NCBI GenBank assembly: GCA_964016885.1
Contig: OZ024742.1
Coordinates: 214,334,001 to 214,398,000, forward strand
Reading direction: 5' to 3'
DNA from: Eledone cirrhosa
Taxonomy: Eukaryota
DNA: 64,000 bases
The position numbers were made by a program, and so were the translations under genes. Within the stretch, counting starts at the first letter, position 1; each line of letters begins with the position of its first letter. The notes below the pieces were generated by a model. The model had not been told where the DNA came from. It ran no database searches and worked only from the letters and a program-made list of their open reading frames with translations. Positions 13,926-27,256 of the stretch are shown here, piece after piece.

Positions 13926-14368
13926 CACACAGAAAAGCGATAGCAGTATAAAAATAATATTGATAATTTAAAAAAATGAACCAAGGGAAATAAACTGACT
14001 GAGTAAATAAATTAGATAGAACAATAGTTGATGTTCTGAACAGACGAGAAATATTCTGTTAATCGAAATTGCTGTCTTAAATGAAAACCTAGCGGTACTA
14101 TATTGCGAGTCTTATAGATAAGGCTAGATAAATTAAAGATATTTCAATGTAATTCTTTAAAAGTAATTTATATGCGTAGGTGAAATTCTGTTCGTTGTAC
14201 AATATTCGTTTATATAGCTTACACAATTCTGCGTTGATAAAAAAATGTTCCATTTAGTTGAAAATTGGGAAAAACATAAGCTACTGTAAATTATTAGCGG
14301 CTCTTAAGGAAACTTATAACGTGAAGGGAAAAAACATTTTCGTTGACGAATTAACATTATTACTAAAA

Positions 14369-14566
14369 GGGTGGTTGGGTTGGCAATATCGGTAGAGGGT
14401 CGGACTCCATGCTTTGCAGTATAGAGTTACGGCGCTTTACGGTCTGAGTTCAAATCCCTCCGAGGTTAATTCTGCCTTTCATTCTTATGGCGTCGATAAA
14501 ATAATGCACCAGTAATGCACTGATTTAATTGCTGGCCTTGTGCCAAAAGTAGAAACAATTATTATT
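14369..14566 (+). mobile_element. SINE family C
   Basis: Homologous to 13213-13398. AACATTATTA occurs on both flanks (possible TSD). Confidence 0.85.
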
Positions 14567-15254
14567 GAAACATTATTAGTATATAAAAATAAATTCTTCT
14601 TCTTCTTCTTCTTCTTCTTCTTCTTCTTCTAATTTCTACTGCCTTTAATTATCGTAAGATCAGTCATTTTACAATCGATCCAAGATTCCCTACTCTGTTT
14701 ATGTTCTTCATTGATCTTAATGCCATTCATTGATTACTTCATAGATTCCATAGCAATCCTTTGCTCAACAAAGTAATTACATTAGCCTGTTAATCACTAA
14801 TGTGAGTTTCACTCTTTTAATGACCAAACTATCAATGTCTTTAACGCAAACAACAGTTCAGTTAATAAAATTGATTCTTATATTTCATTGCTAATTAAAT
14901 AGTTTTGTAGAAATTTCAGTACATGACATATGGTTTCAAAATCAATTAGTTCTATAGTAATTTAGTTTGCTTTAGCTATTACAGCTACGGCCAGGCTAGA
15001 GCACCACTATCGTGTATTTATTTTACATCATTTCGTCAAAGATAGAGGAGGTTCATAACTGAGTTTCCCATGTGAGTATGTAGTCACACCAGGAAATGTT
15101 TTCAGTTTTACGAGAGGGATAAAGTGTGATTGGGTGACCTTCATTATGTATCATCAAACTATCTACATGAATATCAATCAATCAAACCGGCTCATTTGGA
15201 GTTGACCACTATTTTGGGGACGTTGACATATATGTAATATATGTGAAGACACAG

Positions 15255-15572
15255 GGAAGGTGCATGGCGTAATGGTTAGAGCTTTAGGCTTGCAATCGGA
15301 AGGTTAGGAGTTCGAGTCCCTGACCGGTGATGTGTTGTGTCCTTCAGCAAGTCATTTTATTTCATGTTGCACCAGTTTACTCAGCTGTAGACATGAGTTG
15401 CGACGTCACTGTTCCCAAGCTGTATCCACCATTACCTTTCTCTTGGATAACATCGTTGGCATGGGGAGTGGAGGTTGGTATACATGGGTGACTGCTAGCT
15501 TCCACAAACAACGTTCCTCGGACTTTTGCAATTCTATAGTCATTCGTGACTTAAGGGGGTCATTTCCCTTTA
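15255..15572 (+). mobile_element. tRNA-derived SINE, family B (shares CORE-like middle with family A, different 3' part)
   Basis: A box TGGCGTAATGG, B box GTTCGAGTCC, then TGTGTTGTGTCCTTCAGCAAGTCATTTTATTTCA...ACTCAGCTG. Confidence 0.75.
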
Positions 15573-15609
15573 AACACACACACACACACATATATATATA
15601 TACACACAA

Positions 15610-15691
<82 letters not shown>

Positions 15692-15892
15692 ATATACAAT
15701 GTGTGCGTGTGTGTGTGTTTAATATGATTTTATATAATTAAGGGCGGAAGAACTGATAAGAGTCAACGGCCATCCAGAAATATGTCAATATGTATATATA
15801 CACATGTACATATGTATGTATATACGTGTGCCTGGGGTGTCATAGAGGGGCATAAACCTCTGTAGTGTGTGTGTGTGGGGGGAGGGGGGGGG

Positions 15893-18800
15893 GCTAGCCA
15901 TGCTCTTTTCAGGACAGCTCGTCCTGCATTGGGTCCCACCTGAGACTCAGAGCTCTCACCTGTGGCCCAAAGAAGCTGTACCATGCGGCAGCGGCCACAC
16001 CCTGGTAAACTGCCTTGGCTGGCGGGCCGAACCAGGTTGAGGGTAGCCGGACGGGTCTGAAACACTCGATGCGTTAGATAGGGATGCCTGCCCCTGCATG
16101 CGAAGACTGGACTCGGCAGAGTGAGTGGAGGAGGGCAACATCGTCCCAAAGGTCACGAAGGCGGTGACAGCAACCGGGGTGGCGCGCTAGGGCACGGCAA
16201 GGCACTACAGACGTCGTGGCTACCCACTGCTGCCGAGGATGTCCCTGGTCGTGATGTCTTCCGTACCACCGGATTCTGGCTTCTGTGGCCGAGTGAGTGG
16301 GACCGTCACTGTGCGCTGGCCCTCCCACTATAAATCTTTCCCGCACAGGTTTCTTCTTCAGTGTGCACTCCCAAAGCCCTGCGGCGATGGGCGGAGGTAA
16401 CAGGTGGTGGTAACCTCTGGGAGTTGCCAGTCTCAAATCCACACGTGATCGGCCTGGATGTGAAAATCGGTCTTCTCCTGACCCTGGGATGACAGAGAGT
16501 CAGGCGTTCCACCTGGCGAATGAGCATCCCTTCTCCGGGATCACTGCTCACCCCCCGCACGAGGATAAAAGGAACCCTAACCAAATGCTCGTCCCACACA
16601 AAGCCGGCCAGTCTACCGCGGCTGGCGGTTTTACCCTTCCAAGCGGTCAAAACCAACATAATAGAAAGAAGAACTTGATTATTGGCGCATGGAATGTGCA
16701 CACCCTCATGGATAGGGAAACCTCCTTGAGGCCAGAGAGAAGATCTGCCCTCATATGGAGGGAATTAGCTCACTACTGGATCGACATAGCCGCCTTCAGC
16801 GAGACTAGACTCGCTGAAGAAGGATCAGTAGCATAACCGAAAGGAGGCTACACCATCTGGAAGGGCAATGCAAAGGACGAGGGCAGAATCCACGAGGTAG
16901 GCTTGGCTATCAGGACTTCGCTCTGCAAGTAGCTACCAGACCTCCCAACACCTGTGAGTGACCGGCTGATGAAGCTCCGCTTCCCCCTCGACCCATCGCG
17001 GCATGTCACAGTCATCAGCGCGTACGCCCCCACTCTCACCAGCAGCAGTGAAGCAAAGGAAGGCTTTCTACGGGGAAGTCAACGCACTCGTGAAGGGCGT
17101 GCCCCCAAGCGATAAACTCATCCTACTGGGGTACTTCAGCGCAAGAGTCGGGTCTGACAGCAGCAACTGGAGAGGCGTGCTGGGACCTCATGGCACAGGG
17201 AAGCTGAACTTTAACGGCCTCGTACTGTTGAGTTTCGGCGCGTAGAACGATTTCATCATCACCAGTACACTGTTCCGCCTGGCAGACTAGTTCAAGACGA
17301 CATGAATGCACCCCAGATCCAAACAGTGGCATCTGATTGACTTTGCCATATGCCACAGGAGGGACATGAGTGACGTCATAATCACCAGGACCATGCTTGG
17401 TGCCGAGTGTTGGACCCACCATCGCCTTGTCAGGATCATCCAGTCACCGCACATCACCCGGACGCATCGCAAGACACGAAAGTCTGTAGGCCAGCTTTCG
17501 ACGTCGCACGACAGAAGCAGACAGAGCATCGTGATGCGTTCGCGGAAGACCTGGACGGCCGGCTGACTGCCCATGGACCTCTGACCCGACTCCTCAACAG
17601 TGGGACCAGTTCAGGTCGTTGGTGACAGAGTCAGCCAAGGCAACCATCGGGCCGAGGAATAGAGTCCACCAGGACTGGTTGGATGAAAACGATGAGCGCA
17701 TCAGAAAACTCCTGGACGAGAAGAGGACATCTCCTCTACCTCGAAGCGCGACCGCTTCAAGCACCTCCAGAGGCAGACTCAAACAGCGCTAGGCAGAATG
17801 CAGGACAAGTGGTGGGAAAAGAAGGCCGAAGAAGTCGAGAGATACGTTGACACAAATAATTCCAAGATATTCTTCAGCGCCATCGGGACGTCTACGGACC
17901 GCCCAAGCCTGTTACTACACCGCTGCCGTCTGCTGACGGCTCGATCCTGCTAAAAGAGAAGAGCAGCCTCAACTTGAGGTGGAGAGAGCACTTCACCAAC
18001 AGGCCCTCCACTGTCGACCCTGCCGCCCTGGACCAGGTCCCACAGAAGCCTGTAGTCGGAAGCCTCAACCTCCCCACCACGTTGGATGAAGTCACGAAGG
18101 CAATCAACCAAACCAGCTCAGGAAAGGCCCCTGGAAAGGATGGTATACTTGCCGAGATCTTCCAGTCGGCTGGTCCAGCTGCCTTGGAGGCCTTCCACAC
18201 CTTCCTCGTCAGCATAAGAGAGGAAGAAGAGGTGCACAAAGACTTCAGGGATGCCACTGTTGTCTTGCTTTTTAAGAACAAAGGCAGCAAAACTGACTGT
18301 GGCAACTATCGGGGCAATTCTCTCCTGTCCATCCCTTGGAAGGTCCTAGCTCGGCTCATGCTCAACCACCTCATCGCCAACATCTCGTAGGACAACCTGC
18401 CTGAGGCCCAGTTTTGGTTCCGCCCAAACCGCAGCACGATCGACATGATCTTCTCTGTACGCCAGGTGCAGGAGAAGTGTGTCGAACAGAACATGGACCT
18501 CTTTACCGTCTTGATACATTTGACGAAGGCCTTTGATAGAGTCAACAGGGAGGCCTTCTGGTCGATCCTGTCGAGGTTTAGATGCCCGACAGAGTTCGAG
18601 AACCTGATACGGCATTTCCATGATGTCATGACCGACCGGGCAGGTGCGCTCGGGTGGAGAGGCATAAAAGCCGTTCGGAATCACCAACGGCGTAAAGCAA
18701 GGATGCGTGCTGGCTCCCGTCCTCTTCAACCTGTTCTTCACGTGCGTGCTCATTCATGTCGTCAGGGAGCTCGAGCACGGAGTGTATCTGTGATACAGAC

Positions 18801-19852
18801 TGGACGCATCCCTGTTTGATCAGCGGCGCCTGACGGCCAAGACAAGGACCGTGCAGAGGATCGTCCTGGAGGCACTATTTGCTGACGACTGTGCCCTCAT
18901 GGCCTACAGGGAGTCTGACCTCCAAGTCATCGTCAACAAGTTCCCGGAGGCTTCCTGCTTCTTCGGTTTCACAATTAGTCTTGACAAGACTGAGGTCCTG
19001 TTCCAGCCTGCGCCTGTCTAAGTTACCCCCCCCCCCCCCTCCTTCCATCTCCATCGGCGGTACCCAGCTAAAGACGGTGGACGACTTCAAGTACCTCGGC
19101 AGTGTCATCAGCAGCGATGGAAGCCTCGACAAAGAGATAAATGCCAGGATCTGCAAGGCCAGTCATGCTCATAGCCGCCTGAGAACACGCATCCTGAACC
19201 AGCACAGCCTCAGGCAGTCCACCATCAGGCAGTCCACCAAGCTCAAGGTGTACATCGACCTTGTACAGAAGGCACCTGAAGCAGCTGGAACGGTTCAACA
19301 TGCGCAGTCTGCGGTCAATCATGAACATCAAATGGCAGGACAAGGTCTCCAACCTCGAAGTTCTTGACATGGCTGAGACAACAAGTGACGAAGCTATGAT
19401 ACTGACGAGCCGACTTCGATGGGTGGGACATGTCATCCGGATGGACGACCACAGGCTTCCGAAGCAACTGATGTATGGGGAACTCTGTTCGAGAAAACGA
19501 AAGAGGGGCAGGCCTGTCAAGAGGTTCAAACACTGCGTGAAGTCCAGTATCAACAACACTGGAATCGCCCCAAAACAACTCGAGTCCCATGCTCAGGACA
19601 TGACTGTGTGGCGAACCCTTACCAGACGCGCCAAGGACTCTTTTGAAGAGAAGAGACGGGCAGAGGTCACAGAGATCCGTGAAAGGAGGAGAAAGGCATG
19701 AACAGCTGCCCCAAGCGAGTCCGGTCTCCCCCCCCCTCCACTGTCCCCGTCCTGCAAGTCAAAGATCGGTCTCCATAGCCACCTTTGTGCCCACGGCAGA
19801 CGGGAACTAAAATAAAGAAGATGTCATCAACGTTCACGACGGACACCCAAGA
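15893..19852 (+). mobile_element. Near full-length decayed RTE-clade non-LTR retrotransposon (APE endonuclease, RT, C-terminal C2H2-like motif)
   Basis: IGAWNVHTL...DIAAFSETRL (APE); VISAYAPT; WHLIDF; KAPGKDGI; CGNYRG; LTKAFDRV; GVKQGCVLAP.LF; LFADDCAL (~18875); FKYLGS; RLRWVGHV; IGLHSHL. Many stops and frameshifts. It is a GC-rich island with a ~600-bp 5'UTR. Confidence 0.95.
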
Positions 19853-19879
19853 TATAATTAATTAATTAATATGTATATC

Positions 19880-19928
<49 letters not shown>

Positions 19929-22029
19929 AGAGAGAGAGAGAGAGAGAGTGAGAGAGAGAGAGAGAGAGGGAGAGAGAGAGAGTGAGAGACAGATGACTGA
20001 TGGAATTGACTCCAACTGAAAGTGTAAGTTACGAGAGAGCTAGTGATGCCATATATAAAGCACAGCGAAAAAGAATCGGCCTTAGAACTTCACACGTATA
20101 TTATTTCTTGATGAAAATATGAAATGTAAAGTTGGTTTTACTGATTTTGGCTTAAAACACAGAGAGCCGGAGCATAAAATGTAAATTTTCTATGCATTTC
20201 TTTATCGCCTTTGCCAATTACTTATGGGATATGGTTGAGGCTAGAGGCAAGATGACGATTTTATAGGAAACCGGTAGCCCGATTATTGAATTGGAAGATT
20301 TAATGATGGTACAAGAATGGCAATGATCGTAAAGTGTTACACAGGCACCAAAAGATCCAGCGCTGAGTAACGATCAGGGATGTTCAGAACATGTCATGTG
20401 GATAATATATATTATGTTGATCATTTGGTAGAATTGATAGATGAAGAAAATATCAAGCAGTATATAGTTATGTCCTTTAATGTTACAAACTGTAATTCCA
20501 CCGGGAACGGCTTCTCATTGTATTGTATATCACTCAAGTATTGCGGGTGATGAAATCGACAGTTTCCCTTACACAAAATATATGTGACTTAGTGTCTCAG
20601 TTAGTAATTAATATGGATCACATACATCTTCTTTCTTCCAGAAAAAATGCAACAGTTTTCTTGGAAAAACGCATTTAAATTATAGCGTGAAGTGTGGAGT
20701 TGCGAGGGATGTGTGTCTGTGTGCAAACCATTAATTTCATTTTGAATAATTTGCAACTAAATAATTATTTATGATTAAAGAATGATATGAAGTGTTTGCC
20801 GTTAAAAACGAAGTGTTATCTCGCTGATAGGACTAAAAGAGTTATTATGAATTTGAATGATTTTACTGAAGGTTAAAATTGTTATTTTGCTGTCAGAAAC
20901 AGACATTTTACGTTTGTGGAAAGTATTATGGTGAACAGACTATATCAATTTATATTGTTGGCATAAACGTGGTATATACTGCCAGCACTCGTAGTTTTTA
21001 CTACTACACCGTGAGAGATAAAGATTGATGAAATTAAAGGGTTGTTCATTGCTATATATTATCATCTTCACTGCTCGCAAAATTGAAACCAGGAAAAATA
21101 TTTAGAAACGAAACAGAAATCTTCACTATTTCGGAATAATTAAACTTTTATTAAATATTTTCTAAAATCAATTACAACATTTGCTGACATTTATCTGGAA
21201 GCGAGGATTGGAGTTTTAGATTTTATTTTGCTAATTTAATTCCATGCAAAATGAAACTAATTTTAGTAAACGTGTGCATTGGAAAATCGATATAACATAT
21301 GACAAATTTGGAATTATGTTTCTAGACACGACAATATTTTTTCTAACTATTTAATTACTAATTCTAAAAGATCATCAAATGTCTTATGTCTGCCTGCAAC
21401 ATTTATTCGTTCCATCGCAGGAAACTGTTATGTAGTGAAATCTTTTAAATTCATTTATATCGAAAACAAAAATAGATTAGAAAAAATAGTCAAATATGAA
21501 ATGTGTTGGATTTTCAATTCCCGCCGAATATCACGAAGGAAATATTGTGGAAATATATAAAATAAATTTTGTTTTAGTTCATACTGAATCGTGAATGCAG
21601 ATTATAATGATGATGCTCTGCTCTATTATATTTATCTGCATATATCTATATATATCCCGTGTCTTACAATTAACTTGTTAATAATTTTTATTGACAGGTT
21701 AATTGTATAAGTTTATTTTAAAAACTACCCGGTAGAGAACTTATTCGATGTGTGCTATTCATGCAATTTTTTGCATGGTATATATATACTGAATTCATTT
21801 GCCAAAATCTGAGGTACTTTCCCCTTGTGAATTCCAGACGTGCTTTTACGTGCCTCCGTGTCACTCACAAATTTGGTACAGAGCAGAATACATGTTGATA
21901 ACGTGATATTCCTTGTTCGATCATTATACCTAAAGCTTATATTTTTAAGCAGACAGTATTTTGATTTAGGTGTCATAGAAACCCTGCATTTAGATTTTAA
22001 CATTAATTCCAACGGGTCTAGTCTGTGTT

Positions 22030-22255
22030 TTCTTTATCATTTATTTTATTTTGACCTGTTTAGCTTGATTTGTTTTTTGGCTTAGCTGGTTGATGCTTTC
22101 CTGACCACTATTTCAGTTTTGTGTGGCGTTTTAATATATTGTTTTAGCTCTGGTTTTTTAACTATCGAGCGCTTGCCAGTATCATATCTTATTTTTGCGT
22201 TTCGTTTCGCCTTTTCTACCTGCAGAAATGCGATTCTAGCTGAATCTATATTTAT
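22030..22255 (-). repeat. Unclassified dispersed repeat abutting a TA tract
   Basis: Reverse-complement homologue of 43905-44130 (GATTCAGC.AGAATCG...AAAGGCGAAACGAA.CGCAA...AAAAAACAAATCAAGCTAAACAGG). Confidence 0.7.
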
Positions 22256-22295
22256 ATATATATATATAATATGTAGAAAAGATAACACACGAGAG

Positions 22296-22395
<100 letters not shown>

Positions 22396-22521
22396 TGTAT
22401 TTATCAATATACAGGGAAAGCGACCAGTGTATGGAATCTATAAACTACGAAAGGTGAGGTAGACGCATAATAATTAAAAATAAAAATCAAATGAATTTAC
22501 CCACCTTTATAACTATATATC

Positions 22522-22603
22522 ACACACGGACAAGCCCAAAGAGGTTTGTTTCACCAAAAGATTAGTGAATGGAATGAAAACATCTAGGTTCATCAGCGTG
22601 TGT
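22522..22603 (-). ncRNA. Full-size type I hammerhead ribozyme with canonical core
   Basis: Minus strand reads ACACACG-CUGAUGA-ACC...GGU-GAAA-CAAACCU CUUU GGGCUUG-UC-CGUGUGU. It has a 7-bp stem I, a ~7-bp stem III and a GUC triplet. Confidence 0.75.
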
Positions 22604-22772
22604 CAAGCGTATACATTCCAGACAACTCTAAGAAAAACTTGAGATGACTGCCTTGAAACACATAGTAGAGAGTACTGAATGTATGCAAAAGAGAGTAAAC
22701 TAGTGGTCAGGGTGGAATGAGCGGTTAGAAATCGCAGCCCAAAACCACTCAAAGAAGAGTGCTCTACCAAAC

Positions 22773-22845
<73 letters not shown>

Positions 22846-22935
22846 ATGGAAAAATTTGAACAGGGACAAAACAGAGAGGCAGTACAACGAATGTTTATTA
22901 ATTTCACGCTCTGGAGAGTGGGGTGTTGGTGGGGG

Positions 22936-22975
<40 letters not shown>

Positions 22976-23050
22976 TATATTGAGTTAGAAACTCAAAATA
23001 GTCTTTTACACTTAAATAGCTCAAAGAAAGAAGTTTTTCCGAGCCCTGTA

Positions 23051-23380
23051 ATATAATTGAACACAAGAGAGATAAATACAAATATAAATATACATGTGTT
23101 CGAATTGTAAACGACCAGGTTTACAAGGGATAAAAAAATACTAACTATAACAATATGGTTTGCCAGACTTAATTTAAAGTAATAAATCAAGAAAAAGAAG
23201 AACAAAGCCACATCGGGCAACTGTTGTCCAATATAGGTTTGCTCTTCTTTTTCTTGATTTATTACTTTAAACCATATTGTTATAGTTAAAATTTATTCAC
23301 CCTAGTAAACCTGGTCATTTACAATTCGAGCACATGTATGTTTATATTTGTGTCTATCTCTCTTGTATATCCAATTATAT
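23051..23380. repeat. ~150-bp imperfect inverted repeat (23051-23208 / 23238-23380)
   Basis: ACAAGAGAGAT...TTTAAAGTAATAAATCAAGAAAAAGAAGA versus its reverse complement, with a ~30-bp loop. Confidence 0.85.
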
Positions 23381-23690
23381 ATATATATATATCATATATA
23401 TTTAGAATTAGCCGTCGAAACGGCTTGAGCTCAGCCGTCGGGGTCCTACTCGTTCCTATTAATATATATATATATATATATAGTATTAAGGGTACTATTT
23501 ATGGTTATGTATACAATAAAACCTTTGATGGTAATATATTATATATACACAAACCCTAAATAGTGAGAGATAATCTTTAATTACTATCCTATTACCAGTA
23601 AGTTAAATAGCTCAATGTAATAACATCAGTTGTTATACTGAGCAGTTATATAGAGATTACAGTAATCAAAGTTCAGTTTAAGTCATTTAT

Positions 23691-23739
23691 TTGCTTACAA
23701 TTGTTTCCTCCAAACCGAGGTTTGGATTCTTCGGAGCAA
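23691..23739 (-). ncRNA. Minimal hammerhead ribozyme in 3' pLTR (U4C variant)
   Basis: UUGCU-CCGAAGA-AUCCAAACC UC GGUUUGGAG-GAAA-CAAUUG-UA-AGCAA, then AAUAAA. Confidence 0.7.
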
Positions 23740-25264
23740 CTATTTATAACATACTTGACCTCCTTTTCAACCCAAGAGACACATAAAACATATGCGCATA
23801 TTGATCAACAGTGGGGTGACATTCATCAAATGAAACAGCATGGCAATTTACATATAAAGTGTTACATGATAAAAATAAAATAAAAGCAAGAGTGAAAATA
23901 AAGATAAACATGAAGCGTTGGCAGTCTATGAAGATAAAGCAAGAGGAAAGCTTAGAGTAGTCAGTGCATGAAGCAATCTCCCGTGTAGCATGCACGCTTG
24001 TCTTATCTATACATGATTAGAGTGCGTCAGAATGATATTTGCAGGGTCAGGCAGTTGAAGCAGGCAATCGATATTATAATATAGGCTGAATTATTAAGTC
24101 ATTAATTCTCATACATCTGTATGATATACAGTCTCGGATGCGGGGAAACACCAAAATATCAAAAACCTTCAACATACTATAAACCTTATTGTATCGTAGG
24201 CAAGGTCGTACCACTGTCCTTGCTCACACCACCACTCACATAATCCATGAGACGCAATATATATATAGAGAACACGCGTCTATCGTATAATTCGCAGTGG
24301 TTCAGCATATAGTCAAGCTATAAACGGTATCCAGTCGGTTCTTAATTAATATATCATGCTGTCCAAATTCCGGAAGTGCCTGAATGATTAAGGGGAATTA
24401 ATGCGTAAGGGGAAGTAACTAGCTAGTTATTTTAGTTACATTACTATGCTAAACTACATTAATGGTGATTCAAATACGTGCCTATCATGTGAAGTTATAA
24501 CTAATATCTAGAGTATGGTACCCATTTATAAGTTAGAGAGTTGTTCATTAAGAAGTACAAGGGTGTATATACTAGGATGATTGCCAACCAATAATTAAGG
24601 GGTGTCATATCTGAACGTTCTATAAGAGGAGTCGGACTCTCAAGTCACTGCTCCATGCAAATGTAATACAAAAGTAGGACCTGGTATGGTCCCACTATTA
24701 TATATGCCACCCGGTAGGCTCCGGGTCATTGCTTGCCTGCATCTCCAGAAAATCTTCGGTATGGTCCGGAGATCCGATCTCTCATATAAACGCACTAGTC
24801 TGGCCATCAGGTAATAGACAACCCCCGTCTCAAATATAAATCAATTATGTATCACATCTCCAAGCTAGAGTGGAGTCTATTAATAGGTATTAAAGGAGTC
24901 CACATCAAGATGATTACGTTCATAATTCAATGAACTGATCGCTTACAGTATATACTCACTTAACAATACGATTATCTATCTAATCATCAATCTATCTCTT
25001 GGTGGTAATCCATGCACAGGACTATGCTATCACAACCAGTACCGTGTCCCCAGTTTATACTAATCTTATAATTGTGCAATGCAGAATAAGTAGTCCACGG
25101 TCGGGATATCAGTATTAGAGGTACAAGGGGGTATTCCCAGGCTAGGTGGCACTCAAATGCTGTCAGTATTATCTTTAGAGTATAGAGATGGGTGTGGATG
25201 TGAGGTGTAAGGTGTGCTACTGATGTTAATTGCTAGGGGTCGTGCCGGTTCCAGTCTGACATTA

Positions 25265-26218
25265 TTATATATAGGGTTTAAAGTTTTGGAACGAGTGTCG
25301 GAAGCGGTGTTGGCAATTTGCGAACACTTCTGATTTTTTATTAAGGAGATTATGTTTAGAGAAGATGATAGTATGGGTCTCTAGTAGACAGAGTTTACAA
25401 AATTTATCAGGTGGTTTGTACGATGTTGCACTACCTACCACTTCCCATTTAAATGTATATATTTTATTTTTAGTTTTTAGATAGTGTATGTAGCTAGATA
25501 GTGAAGTGGAGTTGGCTAGACTGTGGTTTTTGAAAGAGTGGAGGTGCGAATTGTATCTAGTTTTGAAGCAGTTAGAAGTGGAGCCTATGTAGGTTTCAGA
25601 AGAGCTGTTAGTTGTGACTGTACATGAGTATATGATATCCTTGGTTAAGCATTTTTTATCTAAAGGGCAGGTTCTACTTGATCTACAGTTACAATTACTC
25701 TGGGTGCTAGTCTGCCGGTTACTATGCTGTGTAGAAGTTTGGAGGTTAGCTATAGGGTTATGGTTATGCGGGTTGTGGTACGCAGCGTTAATGTTTACAC
25801 TAGTGCTATTACTACTATTTCCATTGATATTACGGTTATTTGTTATAATGTTACTTTGACTGTCATTTTGAATGTTATTTTGAAGGTTTATCGACCGTTG
25901 TGATTTAGTTTGTTGGAAGTAAGAATTAATTTTTCTTTTATTTGTACTAGCTATGTGGTATGCTAAGTTAGGCGTAGTAGAGTATGAGATTTTAATAGTG
26001 TTTTTGTTTAAAAGGCCGTGGTACCTGTGGCCGGATGGGAAGTGTTTATCTAGTAGTGAGAAGAAAGTCCTAGGAAGGTTGGTAGAGACGTTTAAATTGA
26101 AAGGAGGGTTGAAAAATGTATTATTTCTTCTTCTATTTCTGTTGTTTATGTTTATTATGTCTGGTGATTTGTTTCCTTTAATGTTCCTATGGTCATTTCT
26201 GTGGTGCGGGTTAATAAA
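25265..26218 (-). CDS. Open C-terminal part of PLE ORF: linker plus GIY-YIG endonuclease
   Basis: RRRNNTFFNPPF...LLDKHFP...KISYS; CNCR..CPL..CL; IIY...YIGST..FKTRY..H; CKLCLLE; LLNKKSE..CQH. About 318 codons without a stop. The ORF-track start at 26233 lies inside the inverted pLTR and is not native. Confidence 0.85.
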   Translation of the reverse strand, partial: FINPHHRNDHRNIKGNKSPDIININNRNRRRNNTFFNPPFNLNVSTNLPRTFFSLLDKHFPSGHRYHGLLNKNTIKISYSTTPNLAYHIASTNKRKINSYFQQTKSQRSINLQNNIQNDSQSNIITNNRNINGNSSNSTSVNINAAYHNPHNHNPIANLQTSTQHSNRQTSTQSNCNCRSSRTCPLDKKCLTKDIIYSCTVTTNSSSETYIGSTSNCFKTRYNSHLHSFKNHSLANSTSLSSYIHYLKTKNKIYTFKWEVVGSATSYKPPDKFCKLCLLETHTIIFSKHNLLNKKSEVFANCQHRFRHSFQNFKPYI

Positions 26219-26918
26219 TAAAATAACTAGCAAGTTACCTCCCCTTACGCATTAATTCCCCTTAATCATTCAGGCACTTCCGGAATTTGGACAGCATGAT
26301 ATATTAATTAAGAACCGACTGGATACCGTTTATAGCTTGACTATATGCTGAACCACTGCGAATTATACGATAGACGCGTGTTCTCTATATATATATTGCG
26401 TCTCATGGATTATGTGAGTGGTGGTGTGAGCAAGGACAGTGGTACGACCTTGCCTACGATACAATAAGGTTTATAGTATGTTGAAGGTTTTTGATATTTT
26501 GGTGTTTCCCCGCATCCGAGACTGTATATCATACAGATGTATGAGAATTAATGACTTAATAATTCAGCCTATATTGTAATATCGATGGCCTGCTTCAACT
26601 GCCTGACCCTGCAAATATCATTCTGACGCACTCTAATCATGTATAGATAAGACAAGCGTGCATGCTACACGGGAGATTGCTTCATGCACTGACTACTCTA
26701 AGCTTTCCTCTTGCTTTATCTTCATAGACTGCCAACGCTTCATGTTTATCTTTATTTTCACTCTTGCTTTTATTTTATTTTATTTTTATCATGTAACACT
26801 TTATATGTAAATTGCCATGCTGTTTCATTTGATGAATGTCACCCCACTGTTGATCAATATGCGTATATGTTTTATGTGTCTCTTGGGTTGAAAAGGAGGT
26901 CAAGTATGTTATAAATAG

Positions 26919-26967
26919 TTGCTCCGAAGAATCCAAACCTCGGTTTGGAGGAAACAATTGTAAGCAA
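26919..26967 (+). ncRNA. Minimal hammerhead ribozyme in inverted pLTR (U4C variant)
   Basis: Same motif as 23691-23739 on the opposite strand, with palindromic stem III CAATTG. Confidence 0.7.
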
Positions 26968-26999
26968 ATAAATGACTTGAACTGAACTTTGATTACTGT

Positions 27000-27256
<257 letters not shown>

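Noticed and set aside
15255-15330. tRNA-like sequence
   Set aside because: It continues directly into a SINE body and has no proper acceptor stem, so it is a SINE head rather than a tRNA gene.
15893-16490. HDV-like ribozyme expected in some RTE 5'UTRs
   Set aside because: No P3/P1.1/P4/J4-2 arrangement was found by eye; only a simple pseudoknot is supported.
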